From positions 736,001-800,000 of the forward strand of contig CBFIAK010000001.1 in NCBI GenBank assembly GCA_965660445.1: a DNA stretch of 64,000 nucleotides, in the 5' to 3' direction. This stretch comes from Patescibacteria group bacterium. Its GTDB lineage: Bacteria > Patescibacteriota > Gracilibacteria > UBA4473. Shown in pieces: positions 39,835 through 49,932 of the stretch. The notes under the pieces were generated by a model that made no database searches, was not told the origin of the DNA, and worked only from the letters and a program-made list of their open reading frames with translations. The stretch's first letter is position 1; each line of letters opens with the position of its first letter. Both the position numbers and the translations under genes were made by a program.

Positions 39835-39912
39835 ATAAAGAGCATAACGGGAAAGATGAAGAAATTCAATTGATTAGACACAAAAAAAAAGTTTTCTATA
39901 CTGCATTATGAC

Positions 39913-41436
39913 ATGAAAAAACACATTATAACAGCTTTCTTCCTTACTCTTCCCCTCACACTCTTTGCACAAGAAGACACCACCCCACTCCCACAAACAA
40001 CCATAGGTCCTGTTTTCGAGGAAGAACGTATTATTCCTGAAATGAAGATTCCTTCCCATATTGCTTTGCATAATGAAGCTTCTTTTGATGCCTCATCATC
40101 ACGGCTTATGTCACCTTCTTCTGGGCAAGCAAATTATGCATGGGATTTTGGTGATGATTCCCCTCTTGCTTGGGGAAGTAATGTAAGACACACCTATACA
40201 AAACCCGGACTCTACACAGTAAAACTCAAGGTATCACAAGGACGCCGAAGTGAATCACTCGCACAAGAAATTATTGTTTATGATCGCATAGGAACACTAA
40301 TCACTGACTCAACCGATCCCACTGAAATACTATACCAAGCTGGTACAAACGGAATTCATTTACGAACCATTACGTATGAATCAGGGTCTGGGTTTTCTTC
40401 AGAAGAGGATTTTATTCGACGGTTACAAGAGAACGTAACGAGTCTTTCTGAATCAGAAATTATTATATTCTATACAAGCTCCACAAGGGCCCTTCAAAAT
40501 GTCGGACAATGGTGGCAAAAGTTGTCGGAAGAAAATCGATTTAATATTCGTGAAAAATTATGGGTTCAGATACTAGCAGAAGGTTCTCTCACCAATTCCC
40601 GAAAATCATTACAACCTGTTTTTTCTATATTAAAACCCAACTTTATACTTTTAACCCGTCCGAGTAGTTTAAATATTTTATTTAAAAATGTTGACCCAAG
40701 CCAAGCATTAAAAATAATAGAACAGCGACGAATTGAAAATGTTATTGTTGACGAAAGATCTGCCACTTCAAAAATACTCATTCTTTCTAACCTGACGAGT
40801 TATTTTGTGACCAATGGAATTTCACAAAACGTGATTTACCTCCTTTTAGCCGTTCCAATGATTGCTTTTATCATTGCGTTTTTCCGTCAATTTGTTGGTA
40901 TTTCTACTTTTGGGGTCTATACCCCTTTAATGCTCAGCCTTAGTTTTTTGATTCTCGGGTTTTGGTTTGGACTCTTTGTTTTTTTATCAGTTATGATTGT
41001 GAGTTATATCATTCGTCTTATCTTTGAAAAAGTAGATCTTCTCTATATTCCCAAAGTAAGTCTCTTATTTAGTGTTTTATCGATTTTGTTTTTTTTCGTT
41101 CTTGGACTGGCTATTTATTTCGAAACACCCATTAACCTCACGCTGACAATATTCCCAATGCTTATGATGGTATCACTTTCAGAGAAATTTATTTCTACCC
41201 AATCAAGCAGTGGAATGTTTCGTGCATTTTTAGCGACAGCCGAAACTATTGTTGTGTCTCTCATCGGATATATTTTTGTTGTATGGGAATGGGTACAAAG
41301 TAGTATTATTTCTATTCCAGAACTTATTTTGATTCCTCTTATCGGAACTATCTGGCTTGGAACATTTACAGGGCTTCGAATAAGTGAATACATAAAATTT
41401 CGAACACTTTTTCAAGAAGACAACCAAGAAGAATAA
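39913..41436 (+). CDS. PKD-domain plus 7TM (7TM_transglut-like) membrane protein
   Basis: Signal peptide; YAWDFGD…HTY..PG.YTV.L.V (PKD); LL..P…FRQ.VG..TFGVYTP…FPM…E…G.FTGLR.SEY..FR. Confidence 0.85.
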   Translation: MKKHIITAFFLTLPLTLFAQEDTTPLPQTTIGPVFEEERIIPEMKIPSHIALHNEASFDASSSRLMSPSSGQANYAWDFGDDSPLAWGSNVRHTYTKPGLYTVKLKVSQGRRSESLAQEIIVYDRIGTLITDSTDPTEILYQAGTNGIHLRTITYESGSGFSSEEDFIRRLQENVTSLSESEIIIFYTSSTRALQNVGQWWQKLSEENRFNIREKLWVQILAEGSLTNSRKSLQPVFSILKPNFILLTRPSSLNILFKNVDPSQALKIIEQRRIENVIVDERSATSKILILSNLTSYFVTNGISQNVIYLLLAVPMIAFIIAFFRQFVGISTFGVYTPLMLSLSFLILGFWFGLFVFLSVMIVSYIIRLIFEKVDLLYIPKVSLLFSVLSILFFFVLGLAIYFETPINLTLTIFPMLMMVSLSEKFISTQSSSGMFRAFLATAETIVVSLIGYIFVVWEWVQSSIISIPELILIPLIGTIWLGTFTGLRISEYIKFRTLFQEDNQEE

Positions 41437-41451
41437 ACTGATTCCCCTACC

Positions 41452-43782
41452 ATGATTCCTTTTTTGACTCATACGACAGATATTTTAGGACTTAATGCCC
41501 GAAATTTACTGTATATCCAAAAATATAACTCAAGGGCTCATAAAAAATTAGCAAATGATAAAATATATACGAAAAATTTTTTAGAGTCCCGTAATATAAA
41601 AGTTGCAAAAACATACCATGTTATAAAAAGCTATAAGGAACTCACACCTGCATTTTTCAAAAACCTCCCTGATACTTTTGTTTTAAAACCCAATAAAGGA
41701 TGGGGGGGGAACGGAATTCTTATTATAGAAAAACGAAAAGAAGACCGTTGGATTACTTCATCAGGAAAAACACTCAACCTTGAACGACTTTTTCAACACT
41801 GTGTAGCCATATTAGATGGGAAATACTCACTTTCTGGTATTGATGATGTTATTATCTTCGAAGAAAAACTCGAAAAACATCCATCGCTGCGATATTTCAA
41901 TGACATAGGACTTCCCGATATTCGATTGATTGTCTTTAATATGGTTCCTATTATGGCTATGATTCGTATACCCACCGAAGATTCTGATGGAAAAGCAAAT
42001 ATGGAAATCGGGGGGATTGGTGTTGGAATAGATATTGGAACGGGTATCACTACTCGCGCAGCACAATATGTAAAAAGCATATCAAGAATGCCAAACGGAA
42101 ACTCTGTTTCTGGTTTTCATGTTCCTCATTGGAATGAACTGTTACTTAATGGTGCGAAAATACAAAATACAACAGGCATTGGGTATATTGGTGTTGATTT
42201 TGTACTCACGAAAACCGGATTAAAAGTATTAGAAATAAACACGCTCCCCGGACTAAAAATACAAGTCGCCAATAAAATACCTTTAAAAAGAAGACTCGAA
42301 AAAGTTCATGACTTAAAAATAAAAACCCCCGAAGAAGGCGTTGAAATAGCGAAAACTCTATTTACACAAAAAGTTACAGCTGAAAAAACAGATTCAATAA
42401 AAATAAAAGAAGTAATTGGTGTAACAGAATCTGTGATTGTAAATATGGAAAAACCACTTCCTCTTATTGCTCATATTGATACATTGGCAGAGAAAAACAC
42501 GATTCGATCAACACTCTATTCAGGAGGAGTTCTTGATATAACTATTGGGAAAAAAAGGTTAAAATTACCAGTCGAAAAATCTGACTCACAAGAACACGAT
42601 ATTATTCTCGCGAGCAAGTTTTTACACGATTTTTATATAGACCCCAACAAGAAACCAGCACACCCCATTGGCAACCCATTGACAGCACAACTGGATGAAA
42701 AGATGATGATAAAACTTGATGAAAAAGTGTTTGAAATGGAACGCAATATTAATTTACTTCGTCATGTAAACCCTCAAAACTTAGAAGAACAACGAGAACT
42801 TTTTTTGCGTAATCCTGAATTTTCACCAAAGTTTGTTTACAAACCCGTGACCGATGATTTGTCTTATTTTGAAAAAGAACTCAAAAAAATACCAAAAATA
42901 AACCATCCTTTGTTTTGTTTATTTGAGGCAAAAGTACAAGAATTACATTCAAAAATTCATCTTATTCAAAACATTGGAAGTCCCCTCTTTCAAGACGCCA
43001 GTGAAAAAATGTTTGGTCGTGTATCAACAAAAACGTATAAAGAAGCGATTCAATTCTGTAAAAAGAATCCCCTCATTGAGGACCCAAGTAAAGAACTGGA
43101 TATAAAAAGTTCCCGAAAAATAATTACAGAGTTTCTCAACTTATATAATCTTGGACACTGGAACATAAAAATTATTAATGAAAGTGTGGCTGATATTCAA
43201 GTAACAAAAGGTGGCAATATTTTGTTACGAGACGGAGCCGTGTTTAAAGAAAACAGACTCAAAGCGCTTTTAGTACACGAAGTAGGCACTCATATTTTTC
43301 GGTTCGAGAATGGACGAAATCAGAGATTTCGCATATTTGAACGTGGAACAGCTGGGTATTTACGAACAGAAGAAGGACTTGCTATTTGGAACCAAAACCA
43401 ACTAGGACTCCAATTAGGCACAAAATATCTTTCTCCCGCACATCAAGTAATTGCTATCTACAAAGGACAATCAATGTCTTTCTTAGACCTCTTTCATTCC
43501 TTAAAAAAAGAGTACCAGTTTGATGACAAAAGAGCATGGAAAATGTGTTTACGATCAAAAAGAGGGCTTACTGATACTTCACAAAAACAATCATTCACAA
43601 AAGATGCGGTGTATTTTCAAGGAAACCAAGATATAGAAGCGTATATATCAAAAGGGAAAAAAATTGAAGACCTCTATATTGGAAAAATATCTATCGACGA
43701 TATCCCACTACTCAAAACATATCCTGATATAAAAAAACCAAAACTACTCCTTTCTCCAAAGAAAAATGCGCTATTACTCTAG
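41452..43782 (+). CDS. RimK-like/sugar-transfer-associated ATP-grasp ligase fused to a degenerate retropepsin domain and a DUF1704 (MATCAP-like) metallopeptidase
   Basis: LGLNARN, DK..TK, KPN.G.GG.GI, PDIR, KAN…GG.GVGID, GVD, LEIN..PGL.IQ.AN; IG..E…AHIDTLA…IDP; HEVGTH, TEEGLA, R.KRG, FTKD.VY. Confidence 0.85.
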   Translation: MIPFLTHTTDILGLNARNLLYIQKYNSRAHKKLANDKIYTKNFLESRNIKVAKTYHVIKSYKELTPAFFKNLPDTFVLKPNKGWGGNGILIIEKRKEDRWITSSGKTLNLERLFQHCVAILDGKYSLSGIDDVIIFEEKLEKHPSLRYFNDIGLPDIRLIVFNMVPIMAMIRIPTEDSDGKANMEIGGIGVGIDIGTGITTRAAQYVKSISRMPNGNSVSGFHVPHWNELLLNGAKIQNTTGIGYIGVDFVLTKTGLKVLEINTLPGLKIQVANKIPLKRRLEKVHDLKIKTPEEGVEIAKTLFTQKVTAEKTDSIKIKEVIGVTESVIVNMEKPLPLIAHIDTLAEKNTIRSTLYSGGVLDITIGKKRLKLPVEKSDSQEHDIILASKFLHDFYIDPNKKPAHPIGNPLTAQLDEKMMIKLDEKVFEMERNINLLRHVNPQNLEEQRELFLRNPEFSPKFVYKPVTDDLSYFEKELKKIPKINHPLFCLFEAKVQELHSKIHLIQNIGSPLFQDASEKMFGRVSTKTYKEAIQFCKKNPLIEDPSKELDIKSSRKIITEFLNLYNLGHWNIKIINESVADIQVTKGGNILLRDGAVFKENRLKALLVHEVGTHIFRFENGRNQRFRIFERGTAGYLRTEEGLAIWNQNQLGLQLGTKYLSPAHQVIAIYKGQSMSFLDLFHSLKKEYQFDDKRAWKMCLRSKRGLTDTSQKQSFTKDAVYFQGNQDIEAYISKGKKIEDLYIGKISIDDIPLLKTYPDIKKPKLLLSPKKNALLL

Positions 43783-43798
43783 AGTAATAGCGCATATG

Positions 43799-43975
43799 TC
43801 ATAAAATACGTCGTGAAGAAAACCAATCGGTTATCCTCCATCGAACGGGAACAGCGACACAAAAAAATGCCATTAACATTACATAGTAAACTGGATGGTG
43901 AAAAATCAACCACCATAGGAACCCATCCACACCTATAATAATGAGAATAAAAAAGAAGAAAAAAAATATCTTCAT
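43799..43975 (-). CDS. Possible small two-TM protein
   Basis: Hydrophobic 58-aa ORF downstream of argS; no recognisable motif. Confidence 0.35.
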   Translation of the reverse strand: MKIFFFFFFILIIIGVDGFLWWLIFHHPVYYVMLMAFFCVAVPVRWRITDWFSSRRIL

Positions 43976-44042
43976 AGAAGATTCCCCCAAGTACTGTGAA
44001 ACAACATATGCACACTATAAAATAGAAAAGGGAAAAATCAAG

Positions 44043-45725
44043 TTACATTTTTTCAGGGACTGATATACCGAGTAATCGGAGTCCATGTTCAAGAACTGAT
44101 AATGTTTTTTGAGCGAGTGAAAGTCGAGCTATAACAATTTTTTGATCAGACGCATTCAGAATTGGTGTTTCTGCATAATACCGTGACCATACTTGTGCAA
44201 GCTCAAGCAAATAGGTCGCAATATAGGTTGGATTTTTATGATGAGCGGCTTTAAAAAGCACCTCTTTCCATTCGAGTATTTTGATACCCAGTTCTTTTTC
44301 TTCTGAGCCTAAAGAATCCATATGAAATCCATCAGACAATGAAACTGATGATTTTCGCAAAAGTGATTTAATACGAACTCCCGCATATTGCAAATACGGA
44401 CCAGTCGCTCCCTCAAAAGCTAAAGAAGCTTCTGGGTCAAATGTAATTGATTTTTTAGGACCACAAGAAAGCAGATAGAATTTCCATCCAGCGTTCATAA
44501 TTGATTCAGCAATAGCACGAGCTTCTGATTCTGAAAGTTCTGGGTTTCGTTCTCGCACTTTTTCAAACGCATTATCAGACAATTCATCCATTAAGTTATC
44601 AGCATCAACCACTGTTCCTTCTCGTGATTTCATTCTCCCAGTAGGTAAATGCACCATACCGTATCCTAAATGAAATAATCGGTCTGTATCCAAAACGCCT
44701 AATCGATCAAGACACAAGAATAAAACCTGAAAATGATAGTTTTGTTCATCAGCAACAATATAAATCATTTCATCTGGATGATGAAAATCCGTATCTCGTT
44801 GCACGGCAACAGCTAAGTCTTGCGTTAGGTAAATAGAGGTTCCATCAGCACGCAAAACGACTTTTTCATCAAGCTTTGCATCAGTAAGATCAATGACGAT
44901 AGCTCCATCATCTCGGCGTTGAAACACTTCTTTTTGAACTCCTTCTTCGGCAATAGTTTTGCCTTGTAAATACGTTTCCGATTCTTTATAGACTTTTTCA
45001 AATTGAACGCCTTGTCTTGTGTATGTTTGAGCATGTCCAGCAAGAGTCCATTCATTCATTTTTTTCCATAAGGCTCGAGTTGATTCATCTCCTTCTTCCC
45101 ATTGTTGAAGTACCTCTTGCACTTTATTTTTTAGGGTCTCGTCTTCCTTTGATTCTTGTTCAAATCGAACATAATAGTCTCCCACAAAATGATCTGGTTT
45201 TTTACTGACTGATTCTGGTGTTTCTCCGTTACCAAACAGCTGATACGCAAGCAATGATTTACAAATATGTACGCCCCTATCATTAATAATATTGACTCTG
45301 TGCACTGTCGCTCCCACTGCTTCTAAAATACAAGACAAAGAGATACCAAGCGCATGATTTCTCATATGACCTAAGTGAAGCGGTTTATTAGTATTAGGCC
45401 CTGAGAACTCAAGTACAATATTTTTTTGGGTATGTGAAAACGAAAGTTCAGTCGCAAACACTGATCGGAAAAACGATTCGTTTCGAAACGAAACATTGAG
45501 ATATTTGCCCGACACCAAAAGGTCTTCTATATCTGGTGACTGCTTGAGTATATTCTGTACTTTTTCAATCCATTCATCAGGATTTGTGTTTGTGTGACGT
45601 GCCAGACGAAAAAACGTAAGAGCCTTGTCTCCTTTTTGTCCTTTTGGAACAGGTGAGAAATCAATCAAATCAACGAGTTCTATATTGATATGATTTTGCA
45701 AATACGAACAAATAATGTCTTGCAT
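44043..45725 (-). CDS. argS: Arginine--tRNA ligase
   Basis: EFSGPNTNKPLHLGHMRN, RADGTS.Y, MKSREG, GPYLQYA..R. Confidence 0.97.
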   Translation of the reverse strand: MQDIICSYLQNHINIELVDLIDFSPVPKGQKGDKALTFFRLARHTNTNPDEWIEKVQNILKQSPDIEDLLVSGKYLNVSFRNESFFRSVFATELSFSHTQKNIVLEFSGPNTNKPLHLGHMRNHALGISLSCILEAVGATVHRVNIINDRGVHICKSLLAYQLFGNGETPESVSKKPDHFVGDYYVRFEQESKEDETLKNKVQEVLQQWEEGDESTRALWKKMNEWTLAGHAQTYTRQGVQFEKVYKESETYLQGKTIAEEGVQKEVFQRRDDGAIVIDLTDAKLDEKVVLRADGTSIYLTQDLAVAVQRDTDFHHPDEMIYIVADEQNYHFQVLFLCLDRLGVLDTDRLFHLGYGMVHLPTGRMKSREGTVVDADNLMDELSDNAFEKVRERNPELSESEARAIAESIMNAGWKFYLLSCGPKKSITFDPEASLAFEGATGPYLQYAGVRIKSLLRKSSVSLSDGFHMDSLGSEEKELGIKILEWKEVLFKAAHHKNPTYIATYLLELAQVWSRYYAETPILNASDQKIVIARLSLAQKTLSVLEHGLRLLGISVPEKM

Positions 45726-45838
45726 AACAGATAAATCTTATAAATCTTTGGGTATTATGATTATTTCATAAAAAAGAACAACTTGACATTTATTTTTATT
45801 GAGCATAAAGTTTGATCAACAATAACCTTTTTTCTTTC

Positions 45839-46063
45839 ATGAATTCATTTTCACAGCCTGAAAAAACAAACACAGACTATTTTCTTCAATATGCTGGGTA
45901 TTCTCAAGCACAACTCGAAACCGAGCGTATAGAAGCACAAATACAGGGTGACTTTAAAAAAGAAGATTTTTTAAACGAATTGTTATGTCAAACAGATGTA
46001 CTCAAAACACCTAAAGATTTACAAAAAGAAATCGAGAATCGAGTTTTAGAAATGATTGATTAG
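45839..46063 (+). CDS. Small hypothetical protein
   Basis: 74-aa acidic ORF downstream of a TTGACA element (45783). Confidence 0.5.
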   Translation: MNSFSQPEKTNTDYFLQYAGYSQAQLETERIEAQIQGDFKKEDFLNELLCQTDVLKTPKDLQKEIENRVLEMID

Positions 46064-46371
46064 AGAAAATCGTTCATATTTACAATGCGATTATGACTAT
46101 CAAAAACGCATCCAAGTTCTTCAAGCTTGATGCGTTTTTTTTGCACCATGTTTTCATCTTCACTCCCTCTGTATCCGCCCAGAAAACCATCTGATCGAAC
46201 AACACGATAACAATTGCCCGTTTTCCAGTAAGGATAACAAGACAACCATTTTCCAACAGCACGAGCCAGTTTTTTATTTCCGAGCTGTTCTGCTAAACGA
46301 GCATAGGTTGTTATTTTTCCATGAGGAAGTGTTTCTAAAAGATGATAGAGTTTTTGTTGTTGAGTATTCAT
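46060..46371 (-). CDS. MGMT/Ogt-family alkyltransferase-like protein
   Basis: P.GK.TTY..LA, ARAVG, NCYRVV.SDG.LGGY, K…L..G. Confidence 0.85.
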   Translation of the reverse strand: MNTQQQKLYHLLETLPHGKITTYARLAEQLGNKKLARAVGKWLSCYPYWKTGNCYRVVRSDGFLGGYRGSEDENMVQKKRIKLEELGCVFDSHNRIVNMNDFL

Positions 46372-46661
46372 AGATGATCAAAAGAAACGACAAAAGCCCC
46401 ACTACCTCCTTCTTGTAATTTTGCATCACGAAAAGAAAAATTATTCTGTACTAAATAGTCCTGAATGGCTGGTTTTAAAACTGGTTTCAATGCAGATCGG
46501 TTTCCTTTCCCAGTAATAATACTGACTCGTTTTTGGTTCTTTTTTTGTGCCTCACAAAGAAAATGTTCTACGGCAAATAGAGCTTCTGTAGTAGAAAATC
46601 CATGAAGATCAAGAGAATTTTCGATAGTTGATGGATATTTGTTTTTCTTCGTTTGTTTCAT
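46368..46661 (-). CDS. Smr domain protein
   Basis: LDLHG, IITGKG, GGSGA. Confidence 0.92.
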   Translation of the reverse strand: MKQTKKNKYPSTIENSLDLHGFSTTEALFAVEHFLCEAQKKNQKRVSIITGKGNRSALKPVLKPAIQDYLVQNNFSFRDAKLQEGGSGAFVVSFDHL

Positions 46662-46688
46662 ACAATAATAAGAAAATCAATATCTATA

Positions 46689-47192
46689 CTAAAACGAAAA
46701 CAAAGAAGAAACAAATGATGATACTTTTTTTCGAATTGGTTCTGTTTCTGGTGCTACAGAAGATGCATAAAAAAGTTGTGGATACCTGTTTTGTAGAGGA
46801 AATAAAAACTCTCTTAGAATCATTTGATGTGTCTCACCCGCATTCAATCTTGTATATATATCTTCAAGTTGATACACAGAAAAAACAGACGGTAAATGAC
46901 TCTCTGGGCGCACAATCCGATTTCCTTCTTCATAAGGGATAAAATCCTGAGGAAAATAAGAAGCTATGCATTCTACAAAACGGATATATTCTGGAACTCG
47001 CTCAAGCACAATAGATCGAGGAACGCTGTTTGAACGTTTGCATTCTGATGCATACTGAATATATTCAGACAACCGGTCTAAATAAGCAATAAAGGCATCG
47101 TGTATATCTGTTCGAGGAGAGAGTATATATCCCGAGGGTTCAGGATCATCAGAATCTAAAGGAGAGAACTGAGGAGAAGACATATTATTCAT
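46689..47192 (-). CDS. Hypothetical protein
   Basis: Open frame co-oriented in the pheT run; start uncertain (47192 or 47183). Confidence 0.5.
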   Translation of the reverse strand: MNNMSSPQFSPLDSDDPEPSGYILSPRTDIHDAFIAYLDRLSEYIQYASECKRSNSVPRSIVLERVPEYIRFVECIASYFPQDFIPYEEGNRIVRPESHLPSVFSVYQLEDIYTRLNAGETHQMILREFLFPLQNRYPQLFYASSVAPETEPIRKKVSSFVSSLFSF

Positions 47193-47400
47193 CTTGTGTA
47201 TCAGAAGATTTCGATTTGTTTTTTTGGGTGTATTTTTTGAGGAACTTTTCAGCCGTGGAAAGTCCACGAGAATACGCTTTTTTTGTGTATTGATGAGCTA
47301 TATTTCTATTTTTCTTACTTGAGAAAAGCAAAGACAAAACCGAACCAATGGCTCCACCAACAATCATGCCGGTCAGTAAACTATTTTTTTTCTTTGTCAT
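47185..47400 (-). CDS. YtxH-like small protein
   Basis: G.IVGGAIG…LLF….R motif with basic tail. Confidence 0.7.
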   Translation of the reverse strand: MTKKKNSLLTGMIVGGAIGSVLSLLFSSKKNRNIAHQYTKKAYSRGLSTAEKFLKKYTQKNKSKSSDTQDE

Positions 47401-47453
47401 TGAGAAACAAACAATCAAATTATGCAGACAGAGTACTCAAAACAAAAAGAAAA

Positions 47454-49844
47454 TCAAGACGTTTTCCCCCGAAGTTGAGCTGATAAATTCTTTGAAAGTG
47501 CAGAAACAATCGATTCGAAATCTGATTCAACTTCAGTATCTCGAAGTGTTTTTTGAGAAGATCCGAATGTAAGATGAAACGAAAGATTTTTTATATTTTT
47601 TCCAATATGTGTTTCGTCTTCAAACTCATCAAATAACTGGATATCTTGTATATATGAAGACGAAGAACGAATCACCTTCACAACATCACGCATATGCGTT
47701 CGAGATGGCACCAATATTGATATGTCTCGCAAAAACACAGGATACGCAGATATTGGCACATACTTTTTTTGAGGACTCGAGAGTGTCGACAATAATGGTT
47801 CGAGTTGTATTTCTGCACATACTAAAGAAGCATTTTGGATGGAATGCTTTTGTGGATGTATACAAAAAAGGTCTCCGATATGCACGTCTTGACACACAAT
47901 ACGAGCATGTTTATTCGGATGAGCATATGGTAGTGGCGTTTTTGACGGTTCAAACTCAAATTCTTGCGACACAAAAGACGCCAGTGAATCAAGATGTGAT
48001 CGAAGATCAAAAAACATATCTGTTTCGTCTTTTTGCATATCAGCCATAAAAACACAAAGACGTGGTTCTTCTCGAGGAGAAGTATTCGTTTGATTCAAAA
48101 ACACACGCCCTATTTCAAAAAAGGCAATACTTTTATGCGTTCTCAGTTCAGATTCAAGGTTTTTAATCATATTACTCACTAAGTTTGTACGTAAAAAAGC
48201 TTGTTGTGATGACAACGGGTTTTTAATGCTCACAAACTCGTCTCCATTTTCTGAAAAGTCTTTATCTGCTTGGTTTGCAAACGAGTACTGAAACACTTCC
48301 AGAAACCCTGAAAGCGACCAAAAGTCTCGTAATTTCCATTCTAATGACCGCAATGGATATGGTGTCGGAACGCGAACTGGCAAAGAAGGAAGTTTTGAAG
48401 GAACCCGATCAAACCCATACAAACGCACAATTTCCTCAATAATATCTTCTTCTAAAGCTATATCTTTTGTAGCTCGAAATGATGGCACTTGCACATGAAA
48501 TCCTTTTTGAGTTTTTGTTCCCTCAAAATCAAGACGAGAAAGAATCTGCATCATTTCATCATCAGTTATATCAGCAATACCGGAAACCAATCTCACTTTA
48601 TCAGGGGAAATGTGTATATCAATGTTTGGAAACGGTTTTGGATAATGATCGGCTATTGATGAAGTAAAAACTTTATTGGGACATTGTTTTTCTAAAAACG
48701 CTAATGCTTTTAGAAGCGCTGGCATACAATTGTTTGGATCAAGTGTTTTTTCGAATCGCATTGAACTTTCTGAACGAAGTCCGAGTCGAGCTGATGTTTT
48801 TCGAATACGTACTGGATCAAAATGGGCTGACTCAAAAACAATACTCGTTGTGTCTTTTGTAACGCTTGAGTGCATCCCTCCCATAATACCCGCAATAGAC
48901 AGTACTTTTTCATCATCTGCAATAACGATATCTGAAGGTTCTAGCTGATAAGTTTCTCCATCTAAAGCAAGAAGAGTTTCTCCTTTTTGTGCTTGTCGAA
49001 CAGTTATTCCTCCTTGAATTTTCGAAGCATCAAACACATGCATTGGTTGACCATACTCTAAAAGAATAAGGTTTGTGATATCAACCAATGATGATATTGA
49101 ACGCACTCCAAGTGTTTCAAGGCGAACTGTTGTGCGCAAATCAGAAACATCATTACACACATTCGAAAGACTCACCGCACAAAACCGATGACAATAATCT
49201 GTATCTATACGAACAGGAAACGGATCAAGGGAGGTGTTATTTATTTCTGTTGGAACAGAATAAAACGGTATATTTTTTTTAACATTATAAAGAGCCGATA
49301 ATTCACGAGCAAACCCATGAACGCCCCACATATCAGGACGATGCGTTAAACTTTTATTATCAATATCAAGAAGTGTGTCTGCAAACAACGGTTCTGCTTC
49401 ATACACAGGAATTCCAAGTGGAGTATCGGAAGGAAAAGTAATAAGTGCATCGGTTTTAAATCCAATTTCTGTTCCGACACAAATCATCCCTTCTGATATT
49501 TCGCCCCCCATGGTTCGTTTTTCGATTTTCATACCATTGGGAAGAATGGCTCCTTCAAGAGCCACAAAAACAATCATCTCTTTTTGAAGTGGAAGACTTT
49601 CTCCAAAAAGAATAGATCGAAGTCCATGTGTATGAGTATCTACAACTGCTTTTTTAAGTGTTTCAGAATGTGGATGATCAACGATATCAAGTACTTTTCC
49701 AGTAACACAATGCTTAAACTGGTTTTGTAATGACACTACTTCTTCTAATTCACACGTATGGAGTGTTAATTTTTCACCAATGCAATGAGGATTTTCTTCA
49801 GGCACATCCACAAACTCACGAAGCCAAAGAAGCGAAACTTTCAT
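47454..49844 (-). CDS. pheT: Phenylalanine--tRNA ligase beta subunit
   Basis: SLLWL.EFV, DNKSLTHRPD, VDITN, GQPMH.FD, AGIMGG, ESSMRFEK, EE..R.YG, RDIS. Confidence 0.97.
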   Translation of the reverse strand: MKVSLLWLREFVDVPEENPHCIGEKLTLHTCELEEVVSLQNQFKHCVTGKVLDIVDHPHSETLKKAVVDTHTHGLRSILFGESLPLQKEMIVFVALEGAILPNGMKIEKRTMGGEISEGMICVGTEIGFKTDALITFPSDTPLGIPVYEAEPLFADTLLDIDNKSLTHRPDMWGVHGFARELSALYNVKKNIPFYSVPTEINNTSLDPFPVRIDTDYCHRFCAVSLSNVCNDVSDLRTTVRLETLGVRSISSLVDITNLILLEYGQPMHVFDASKIQGGITVRQAQKGETLLALDGETYQLEPSDIVIADDEKVLSIAGIMGGMHSSVTKDTTSIVFESAHFDPVRIRKTSARLGLRSESSMRFEKTLDPNNCMPALLKALAFLEKQCPNKVFTSSIADHYPKPFPNIDIHISPDKVRLVSGIADITDDEMMQILSRLDFEGTKTQKGFHVQVPSFRATKDIALEEDIIEEIVRLYGFDRVPSKLPSLPVRVPTPYPLRSLEWKLRDFWSLSGFLEVFQYSFANQADKDFSENGDEFVSIKNPLSSQQAFLRTNLVSNMIKNLESELRTHKSIAFFEIGRVFLNQTNTSPREEPRLCVFMADMQKDETDMFFDLRSHLDSLASFVSQEFEFEPSKTPLPYAHPNKHARIVCQDVHIGDLFCIHPQKHSIQNASLVCAEIQLEPLLSTLSSPQKKYVPISAYPVFLRDISILVPSRTHMRDVVKVIRSSSSYIQDIQLFDEFEDETHIGKNIKNLSFHLTFGSSQKTLRDTEVESDFESIVSALSKNLSAQLRGKTS

Positions 49845-49932
49845 ACGAACAGTAATGTAGTAAAAAGCAAAGAAAGAATCAAGCAGAAGCCAATGGTTTT
49901 AAACACACTCAAGCTTCTCGAAAAAAGTTCTC

